The notes beneath the pieces were generated by a model that saw nothing but the letters and a program-made list of their open reading frames with translations, was not told the DNA's origin and did not search any database. From Perna viridis (Eukaryota): a DNA stretch of 64,000 bases. The stretch covers positions 50,303,597 to 50,367,596 of the forward strand of contig CM074512.1 in NCBI GenBank assembly GCA_037379345.1, in the 5' to 3' direction. A program made the position numbers and the translations under genes. Below, piece by piece: positions 55,401 through 64,000 of this stretch (positions are counted from its first letter, which is position 1; the number at the start of each line of letters is the position of its first letter).

Positions 55401-56363
55401 ATAGATTCAGTGAACTGCACTTAATCCAAAAAAGTTTCAATGTAAATAACACTTATTCCAGATCTTAAATTTCATTGAAAATCATTGCACTTACAATCCC
55501 AAATTATAATTTCTATCAAACTCAATGCTCTAAATCTTAAACTATAACACAAATGAAAATTATTATTAACATGATACTTAATCCCAAACTATGAAAACCA
55601 GTGCAGTTAATACGGAACATCATAATTCTAATGGAAATCCTTCACATTTAGTAAAGCACTTAATGCACTTTTAAGCTTACACATACTCAAAATTGAATAA
55701 AATAAACTCATAGCACTATTTCAAAAATTGTAATTCACGTGAACCTCAAACTGTTTGCATTTTGTATAACACTTGTTCCTTATCTATAGTATGAATCACA
55801 TACTTTCCTCTAAAAGGACACCTAGGTAGGCCTATTCCAGTTTTATGAAGGAGGGAATAAATATTAAGGTCTCATTTTTATAATAATATATAAGACTTCT
55901 GTGCAATGTAGTTAAGATAAAATAAATACTTTTATATACTATTCTAAATCATGGTTTTCAACCTTGTCAACAAAATACAAAACAAAACAAATATTATTAA
56001 ATTTAAACTCCCCCAACGATGAAAAATAGAATAGCCCAGGTAGCTGCTTCAGATTTAAAAAACTAGGAGCTGGCTGTGAAAAGATTCATAAGTGAGAATT
56101 CGTCAACTCTTTCAATAGCAATTGGTCAGTTTAAATGTCCCAATGGCTTTGTCAATCCTTTGTATTGTTCAGCAGATTGTAACAAAAGAGTGTCATGGTT
56201 GTAGGGAAGTCACTGTAACAAAGCTAAAATGACTTTAATAATGGTACAATTTTTTGTTGTTTTCCAGGCAGTAAAGTCACAGGAGTGGGCACAACAAATA
56301 GAGAAAATGACAGTTGAATTTCAAGCTATTGAAAGCTTTGAATTAAGCATTGAACAGGACTGA
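46414..56363 (+). CDS. CDCA5: Sororin (CDCA5)-like cohesin regulator; exons approx. 46414-46471, 50132-50161, 50706-50753, 52059-52905, 53882-53955, 56268-56363
   Basis: Basic, low-complexity, S/T-P-rich protein with a KEN box (KKENT), an FGF motif in the context NSCFGFE…VSPV, a polybasic stretch KPRKKQMSKK, and a terminal QEWAQQIEKMTVEFQAIESFELSIEQD* matching the sororin domain (vertebrate pattern EWA..MN.EF.A.E.FDL.VE). Exons 2 to 6 splice in frame; the exon 1-2 junction has a phase problem (see findings). Confidence 0.85.
47658..48629. mobile_element. About 970-bp non-autonomous DNA transposon with 13-bp TIRs ((C/T)AGACCCATCGAA) and a 6-bp TSD (AAATTG); hAT-like
   Basis: 47658-47670 and 48617-48629 are reverse-complementary; AAATTG at 47652-47657 and 48630-48635; GC-rich subterminal GACCG/GGTCC repeats. 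Confidence 0.75.
47904..47935 (+). ncRNA. Degenerate minimal type I hammerhead ribozyme core (Penelope/retrozyme relic), probably inactive
   Basis: CTGATGA-GTCT tcat AAAC-GAAAC-ATGT-GTA: core boxes and spacing are intact, stem II has a mismatch, and the stem I partner is missing. Confidence 0.55.
49685..49835 (+). repeat. 151-bp copy of 53241-53391 (3 mismatches), flanked by a 37-bp direct repeat
   Basis: Direct alignment by eye; flanking repeats at 49647-49683 and 49837-49873. Confidence 0.92.
51108..51697 (+). mobile_element. Helentron-associated non-autonomous element (HINE/DINE-1-like)
   Basis: Starts TTTTTAGCTCACCTG with a short 5' inverted repeat (…GTGAGCTA) and a CGTC microsatellite; 3' sub-TIR CAGGTGAG followed by the perfect palindrome AGGCTCCTAGGAGCCT (51677-51692) and CTTGT. 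Confidence 0.75.
52059..52905 (+). CDS. CDCA5: Sororin-like large exon containing the FGF motif
   Basis: ttctttag|GAAAATGGC ... GATG|gtaagt; 847 nt open frame (ORF 52149-52925). Confidence 0.9.
53686..53750 (-). mobile_element. tRNA-derived head of a SINE-like insertion in a sororin intron
   Basis: On the minus strand: A-box-like TGAGCCAAATTGG (53734-53746) and B-box GGTTCGATCC (53693-53702); no complete cloverleaf. Confidence 0.55.
54620..56215. mobile_element. About 1.6-kb non-autonomous Tc1/mariner-pogo-type element with about 120-bp TIRs and a TA TSD
   Basis: 54617-54738 is the near-perfect reverse complement of 56098-56218; ta|CAGTG…CACTG|ta; degenerate internal repeats (GCACTTAATCCCAAA) at about 55300-55630. 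Confidence 0.88.
56268..56363 (+). CDS. CDCA5: Sororin-like terminal exon (sororin domain)
   Basis: ttttccag|GCAGTAAAG…GACTGA; phase 0 matches the upstream exon 53882-53955 ending CAG|gtaaa; AATAAA at 56599-56604 and 57297-57302 downstream. Confidence 0.88.
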   Translation, partial: AVKSQEWAQQIEKMTVEFQAIESFELSIEQD

Positions 56364-59300
56364 TGTGAAAAAAAGTATTTTGATTTTTTTATATGTACAA
56401 TATCATGCAAGAAAGCTGCGAGTGACAATTTTAGTGGGTTTTATGTTTTAAAGATAATTTTTATTAAACCTGGTTTTAAACTAATTTCTCAATATCAAGA
56501 TGTTAGTCTGTAGTCAGTGCATTTAACTTAAGCGATTAGCATTTGTGCATTTTAGCATCACATAACAAAGACTTGCTGTATACGTACATATATTTGTGAA
56601 TAAAAATGTTAGTTAATTAGTATTTTGAATTGGTGGATTTCGGTATAGCCTTTAAGTTTTTTACTTGACATTCAGTAGTCATGTGTCCGTTAGTCCGTTC
56701 ATCCATCCCCAGATCTAATATGCAACTCCTCTGTTACCAGTCAATGTAATTTAATGAAACTTTCACAAATTCTTTATTACATGATACTATTGTGCACCTC
56801 CTTTTTTGTTTTTCCATCTGAACGACTTTTGGAATTTCCAGATGCAAAACATTGACTTTGTCATTTGTCATCCAAGGAAGGCCATCTTTTAATCCACAAC
56901 TCATCTGAATAAATTTGATGTAACTTTCACAAATTCTTTATCAATGCCATTGTGCACCTATTTTGTTTTTCCAACTGAATGCCTAAATCACTTATGGGGT
57001 TTCTAATGCATGTATGTTGTCTGGTGGTGGGGGGGAGTGGGGGTATCACAAAGTGTGCTTCGCTCATGCTTTTTCTAGTTTCATAGGGAATTTGAACAAC
57101 AACAATTGGTACCCTGTAAACATTAATTCTTACACAGTACTTGATGGTACATTGTATCTAATGAGCGTAACTGTGAAAGGGACAATTGCTTACGGTTAAA
57201 CTTTCCCTGTTTAGCCAATACTATAACCAACTTTATTGAAATATGTAAATTGGTGTTGTGTATATCTTATTTGTACTGTACATGTATGTTTTGTGTAATA
57301 AAAAACAATTATGTGCAATTTCAAAAAACTTGAGTCAGATTTAATGTAAATCCCACTCATGGAAAATGGCGGTACAATAGAAAGTTTCTCATGATTTCTG
57401 CCATGATGTAAACAACCTCTTCATTCTATTAATTTAGATTTAGCAAATTTTCTCGGTGTGTATACATTGTATCTTATTTCTCCATGAATACATTATGTAT
57501 TGTGTGTTGCTCTTGTTTTTTTATAGGTTTTAACGGGGGAAATTAAGAATTATTTACAGAAGGATTTGTAGACACAAATCGAATTATATCAAATCTCACA
57601 TCTTTTTTTAATTGGTAGGAAGCAAGGGTTAGTATGACAATACTTGATTTATAACATTATTTAGGAGCCAAGGATGGCTACTGAAAAAGCTGTTAGAACA
57701 TGTACCATAGGTGAATTGAGAGTAGTTTAATAATAGTTCTATCATGTGTTTTATTAAAGGTTATAACACATTTTTTTCTGCAGAGGTACTGCTGGTATTA
57801 GATGTAATTTGGTTTGACTTTGATGTACATGTATATGGTGGATAATGAATTAAATTCTTTATATTTTGTTACGTTGTTTTTTCTTTAATAACCAGTTTTT
57901 CCAGGTGTTATTAAACAGTATCCTGATCAGAGGGTCAAAATAAGCACTCTTCTGCTGGCCTGTAGCAAGTAAATTCCATGAGCTTGTCTGGTGGCACCTA
58001 ATTATGGATGTTTTTTGTCTGTTCAACATATCATAAGAGCAAGTAATCTTCACTTAGGGCCAGGTTAGTTATGACAATCCTTGTCTTCTTGACCAGTTGG
58101 ACAAATTTTGCCGATGATTGCAAAGTGTGAATTATTTTGCTTTACTTAAAAAATTGCTTTCTTCGTGTTGTTTATCCAATTTAAATTACACCTTAAGTAG
58201 TACTCCAGCTAAGAATCATGAAAAATGTGATTCATGGTTAGAAAGCTTAGATATTTTTATTTTTGATATGTTGTTTAAAATGTCATAGTAAACTGAAAGT
58301 AACATGTAGCTGTTCCTGTAACCTTTGTTCATAGGAGATAAAATTTATATAGAATGCATTGTAGAAATCAAAATTAAGGGCGATAACTCTGTAAATGACA
58401 CTAAAGTACAATAGAAACTGTTGGATTTTCAATGTGGGTTATCTCCTAAGAGCAGACAGATTAGAGTGAATAATTACATATTTCATCATATAGACCTATA
58501 AAACAACTTAATAACAAAAATAGAAATATATAGCCTTTTTGAGGTGTATCACATTTAACAGAATTTGCAGGATTCTTACGAAGACTGCTACTTAATATAG
58601 CTGAACATTGATTTACTGTTGATGAGCTGCATATTTTTATTCCCTACATCTCTGGTGTTGTGCATCAACAAATAAATGCTTTGCAGGGTGCAGCTTAATA
58701 TGACCACAGTCGGGACATGTATGGACACACTTTTCAAACTTGATAGTTTTGAATTTTGATTATGATTACATATTTGACCCAGGTTAAAAATTTTACCAGA
58801 ATTGAAGCAGTCACTTTTTGGCCTCTTATTTCTATTATGGTTGAAGTAAAAGCTTCCAAAATCAATCCAAACCTTCCTTTGCGTGTTTAGCAAGTTCAAA
58901 GCGATTCATTCCCTTTTATTCAATTGTCAAGAAATTGAAACTTGTTTCTGGCCCCACATTCTACTTGTTTCAAATAACCCAAAAAAACAATACCAATCTG
59001 ACCATTGTGGTATAGAATATATCAATGAAATGCTTGTTTTGACCCCAAATTCTAAAACAGTTGGGACATAACTCCCTAATTCAATATTAATCTTCAATGG
59101 TTTTGAACCTTGTTATAAAATTTCATAAAGATCAACTTTTAATACTGACGACGATAACACCATAACATATAACCACACATTTTTTTGCTGTATATAAACT
59201 TCACTTGGACAATATTCCATTATAAACACTACTTTAAATTTACATTTCACTTGGTTAACAGAAAGTTGATGTTACACTCAAGCCAATGCAGGTACAACCC

Positions 59301-60179
59301 ATCATGCTGAAGCTGCACATCAAATTTAGTATAAAGCTAATGAAGGATTTCTTAGTTATAGTTAGTAAAAAATTGTGTAAGGAATTGACCGTTTTCTTCC
59401 GAAGGGGAACTGGGATTTTATGCTGATTTATATAAGAAAACTTTTAATATTTTTAGCAGCAGCTGGAATTAAATTTTGTTTGAAAATTAACATTGTTAAG
59501 TAATGGAAGAAACATTGCATTAAGACATCTGTTATCATTTTTTTTTGCATGTACATGTAGGTGTTTTGTTCTACTAAGGCATATATATATAATTGTATAA
59601 TTATATATAAATATATATATATATATAATTGAGATTAAATTAAATAACATGACTACTTTATTGATTAAATGAATGGTTGAAAAGAATGAAAAAAATATAC
59701 ATCATGACTTAAACCAGCAATGTATTCAATGTCCATTCAAACTAATATGATCATACACACAATTTTATACAATAATAACAGAACTGTCAGTATGTTGTCA
59801 AATTATTTTACAATTTCATGATAAATTAGGCTTTCAATAATTTTCTCTGCTCAGCTTTTGTAATTTATCTTCAATTTTGTTTCAACAAAAAATATTTGAA
59901 CAAATTACTTCATAAGTCAATAACCTTTTTACCAATCTAAATTATCTAAGTAGTTATCTTTAAGTATTAAATAATTATTTGAAATCCCAACACTACACTC
60001 TTCTAATAAATTCCCATGAAAACAAGTAAAAAACTTCTGTATATATTTATAGCAAAACAAAAAAAACCACAAGTACCAATAAAGTAATACAGTTCAGCAA
60101 AGAAAAATGCATTTTGCACTGAAGAATATTTACACTTAGAGTAAAACTCTGCATGATGTTTTTTTTTGTAATTAACACA

Positions 60180-60569
60180 CAGTGAAACTTGTCCTTACCG
60201 AAATATTTTTCTACTTACGAAATTAAACTGCTTACGCAAATATTCAATTTCCACAGACTAAACCCATCGGTAACCTGAAGAAACTTGTCCTTACCGAAAT
60301 TTTTTTCTACCTAAGAAATTAAACTGCTTACGTAAGTATTCAATTTCCACAGACTAAACCCATCGAATCTGTTATGAAGCAATGTTAGAAGTCTGCACAA
60401 AATATCAAACGTAAAATTACTAGAATAAAGTTATGACTTCATACTACTTTGATCTATAATGATGTCATCACTTACGACTAACTTTATACTTTCGATTTTT
60501 TGTGAAAAGGACCACTAGTTAAGATTGGTTGCTGGTTCATTTAGTGTTTGGTTTAGACAGGTTTCATTG
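60180..60569. mobile_element. CAGTGAAA-family MITE containing an 86-bp direct repeat (60184-60269 / 60280-60365), in the predicted ERH-B 3'UTR
   Basis: CAGTGAAACTTGTC…GTTTAGACAGGTTTCATTG|ta; the internal duplication is seen directly. Confidence 0.7.
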
Positions 60570-60727
60570 TAGTAAAAAACCAAATTAATTCAATTTTCAT
60601 ATGATTTCATCATTCTGACTGTAAAATATCATGACTTGGAATACAAAACAACTGTTATCTCTCACAAAATCCCATAATATAACAAATATTCGATAACATT
60701 TGTACAGTCGTGATATGTCTTTCTAGT

Positions 60728-60821
60728 TTACTTTCCAGCTTGTTTCCTTAACATTACATAAATCTTTTCTTTTAACCAATCTTTATTGTGAGGTTGATAA
60801 GTTCCATTGCTCTTCTGGAAC
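60728..60821 (-). CDS. ERH: ERH terminal exon copy B, distal ([30 protein letters not shown])
   Basis: aattttcag|GTTCCAGAAG…AAGTAA; 94 nt of CDS, phase 2 entry; AATAAA on the minus strand at 59657-59662. Confidence 0.9.
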
Positions 60822-62465
60822 CTGAAAATTGTTTAAAAATAAAATTTTGTTCAAATTATAATACATTCCTTATGCCAAAAAATATGTCCTGTTTCCTGCT
60901 ACCAGCAAAGATAATAAGGTAGGATAGTAAGGAAATCATTTTACATTGAGGAAAGTCTAGACTTTTATAGTGCTTGAGTCTGTTAGCCCTAAAATGTTTA
61001 CGGTAGCAGGAAACACAATTTTTTTGGCCTTACAAAAGTTTCAAAATTTTAATGTTTACTAATTTACAACTCAAATATACAGTCTGTCAATATGTCTATC
61101 ACCGGATTCACTTCCCAGCCTGTTTTCTTAACATGACATAAATCTTCTCCTTTAACCAGTCCTTATTGTGTGGCACGTAAGTCCCGCTATTCTTCTGAAA
61201 CCTGAAATTGGTTAAAATAACAAGAAATCAAGTATGATGTTGATTTTTTGTTATAATTACCACTTTATTTCCCAGACTGCTAATATGAAGTTCAAACCAA
61301 ATTGAAATTAAAAAAAAAAATAAACAAGGGAAGCGTGAGATTCAATGATGTACCAATTAATCAAGACAGTCAAATCCTACAAAACATTGATTTAGTATTC
61401 AAAAGCATGTTACTGACTGAAGGCAGCTTCAAACTTTTTTTTGTTCAATTCTTATACTAATGACAAAATACAACAAGCTAGTGATATCATTAATAAAATC
61501 TAGATTCCTCAACTACCCATAATTAATCTCCTGACAACAAATTATCTTTCACAAACCTGTATAATTTTTCATTTAATATTTTGAAAGAGATGACGGCAAA
61601 CAGTAATGCACAGACTTCACAAAAATTGACGGTCCTGATGGTCCTGACAGGTAAAATTTGGGTAGGACCAACATTTCAACCTCTTGCACTGGTCCCATGA
61701 CTGACAGCGGTTAAAAAGATTTTGTGAAGACTGATTACATGGGATCAACAAATTTTCAGTGGAACTGACCAAACATTTGCCTTTGTAAGTCCTATTCGAC
61801 AGCAGAAAAAAAGTTTTCGCAAACTCTGAATGCAAGTAATGCTCTGCAAAAATACCACATGGTTTCGGTAAAAGAATACTTTATATCATTATATAAAATC
61901 ATGTAGCTATGACAAGTACTTACACCAAACAACTGAGGTCCATTAACTGGTCAACAAAGTCAAAGAGTTGGCTGATGTCATAGGTTATTGAGGGTTGATC
62001 TGGGTTTTGTCTCTTCAAATGTTCTTCATATATCTTGCAAATGCCTACAAATCGAAAATACTGATTAGTTAATTAGGAAGATACTAAAAAGAGCATGTTG
62101 GTGCCAATGTATTCATAGAAAATTAGAGTCTGAATTGTAAATTCATCCCATACTAAAGCTATAAACATGTAATATCAAGTAGTGCGAGTCTGCATGTAAA
62201 CAATAATTCTTTCCCTGCATAATAGGGCTTATACGTAGATCTTGCAATTTTTCCGTTCAACAAGAATATGTTAAAAATAATCTATCTAAATAAAAGAAAC
62301 TTAAGAATTTTTACTCTTCCTAATAAATTCATTCATGTTTTTCTTTCAAATGAGAGTCAACTTCTATATAAGGCTACCTTCAAGACACTCATTTAAAGAT
62401 TCATAATCTGAGTAGGTTCTTGTGTCTGGACGACTGTTTGGCTGCACCAATAAGATTGTGTGAGA
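60728..62465 (-). CDS. ERH: Enhancer of rudimentary homolog (about 101 aa); exon 1 (probably ATG only) not located and may be outside the window
   Basis: Exon 62378-62465 [29 protein letters not shown]; exon 61924-62044 [41 protein letters not shown]; terminal exon(s) [27 protein letters not shown]. This is unmistakable ERH sequence with in-phase GT-AG junctions. Confidence 0.96.
61108..61201 (-). CDS. ERH: ERH terminal exon copy A, proximal ([30 protein letters not shown])
   Basis: aatttcag|GTTTCAGAAG…AAGTGA; 94 nt of CDS, phase 2 entry; ATTAAA on the minus strand at 61048-61053. Confidence 0.9.
61611..61828. mobile_element. hAT-like MITE (CAG…CTG) with a 6-bp TSD (AATGCA) in an ERH intron
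   Basis: Imperfect TIRs CAGACTTCACAAAAA / TTTTCGCAAACTCTG; AATGCA on both sides; GGTCC repeats like the 47658 element. Confidence 0.55.
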
Positions 62466-64000
62466 CTGAAAAAGGAAAAAATATTAAGGCTACATATTTA
62501 AAAAAAAAAACAAAAAACGAACAAATATTGATATATCAATATATTAGACTTCATACAAAAAAAACACTAATTTCTATTGGATAAGCATTATGTGTTATTT
62601 TTGTATATTTCCTCCTAGCTTCACCCCATTAAATTTTTCTTAGTTGTTTCGATATATCACCATGATAATATTTCTCCCTCTTGACCGGAAATGCCTTCCC
62701 ATGTCCATATGCATATACTTTTCATTTCCATTTACAATAAGATGAATAGTTGCAGTGTTCTTTTGCTATTGTTGATTTAAAAGAATACTTTAGGTCATTA
62801 CATTAAATCATGTGGCCATGACAGGGTTCTCCATGGAGTAAAATACGGCACAATGTTTGCTGATGTCTACACAATCAAGATACGACAATTGTTTACTTTA
62901 TTGTTTTGGGGTTTCAAAATTACAGTTACAATTATGATATTCTTCCCAAACTTTTTAAGTTAACTAGTCCTTGTTATTTTCATTTTTAGAATAAAAAATA
63001 TCATGTACATGTATTACTCTGGCCTTCAAAAATATGTTGCCAGAAATCGTTGACAATTTTCAGGAAGTCATTATAATGAAACCAGCATAGACATTTTGGT
63101 GCAAAAATGCATTTTGAAACAATTTACGAAACTAGCAGTAGTATAAAAAAATTAAGTAAGTAGAAGAAATTGGATTTTTTTATGATCTATGTTAAAAGCT
63201 TTTTAAAAAAAAACTATAGTGCCAGCTATGATTCTAGAGATTACGGTACAACTGTAAATTGATGAAACCATTCCAAAACACAAACAGCTTAACATTTGCA
63301 TTTACGTCTTAACTTGACAAAGAAAGGATATAAAATTTTGTAGGCTACATGCATGAAAACAGCAACTGTTACAATGAATGTCTTCCAACTGATGTCAAAT
63401 CTCTATTCCCTTGGCTACCTATTGCAATATCTATTATCTTATGCATTCTGAGTGATAGTTGACCTGTATATCATTGAAGAACTTTTCCAGAACGGAAATC
63501 AAGTGAATGCGAAAGTAGTCAATTGTTTGAGTTACAAATGCTTGAATTTTGAAGACATTTTTGCAATATATGTGCTCAGATGTGAATTGCAACCACAGTT
63601 ACTCTGCTGCTTAACTTGGGGTCTCTATAGCTCTGTCTTATAACCAGTTTATCAAAGAAAATGGCATTATTGTAGATATTGCTGTATAGCCTATACATTT
63701 GTAGGCCTCAATTTTCCACTGACAGTGACACTAGTGACAGAGACAAATGGTGTTTATACACCCTTACGATTTGTTCATTATAGACATTTGCTCTTAGTTT
63801 AAACTGACACTACTGCTGTCTAGGTATCTACAGTACCGAACAATTGTAACTTCCAATCTTGCATGAAACAAGTATCTATTAAATTGAAACTAAATGAGTA
63901 AATGAAGTAAATCATGTATGGAACTGAAACTGAAAGTCAAAAGAAGTGCTCGTAAACAATTGCACTTATTAATTAAATATATGCGACTTAGAGGAGTCTG

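Noticed and set aside
62655-63275. Candidate ATG|GT first exons for ERH (about 62661 and 63269)
   Set aside because: Weak donors and no promoter-like context; exon 1 cannot be placed and may lie beyond 64000.

Overview
AT-rich, intron-rich animal DNA; the repeat landscape suggests a bivalve mollusc (inference). There are three protein-coding genes. (1) Cytoplasmic dynein-1 heavy chain (DYNC1H1) lies on the minus strand, from its ATG at 43723 through tail, linker, AAA1-AAA5, stalk and part of AAA6, and runs off the left edge. (2) A divergently transcribed sororin/CDCA5-like gene lies on the plus strand (46414-56363), with a KEN box, SCFGFE motif and C-terminal sororin domain. (3) A convergent ERH (enhancer of rudimentary) gene lies on the minus strand (60728-62465; exon 1 not located) and is missed entirely by the ORF track. 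The main finding is that the exon encoding the N-terminal part of the dynein microtubule-binding domain exists as two tandem, intact 196-nt copies (11051-11246 and 10281-10476). They have identical splice phases and about 61% amino-acid identity, and the reading frame makes them obligately mutually exclusive, so one gene would encode two alternative microtubule-binding 'feet'. ERH likewise carries two intact duplicated terminal exons. Introns contain many MITEs and non-autonomous DNA transposons, SINE fragments, a Helentron-like element, tandem repeats, a templated insertion and a decayed hammerhead ribozyme.
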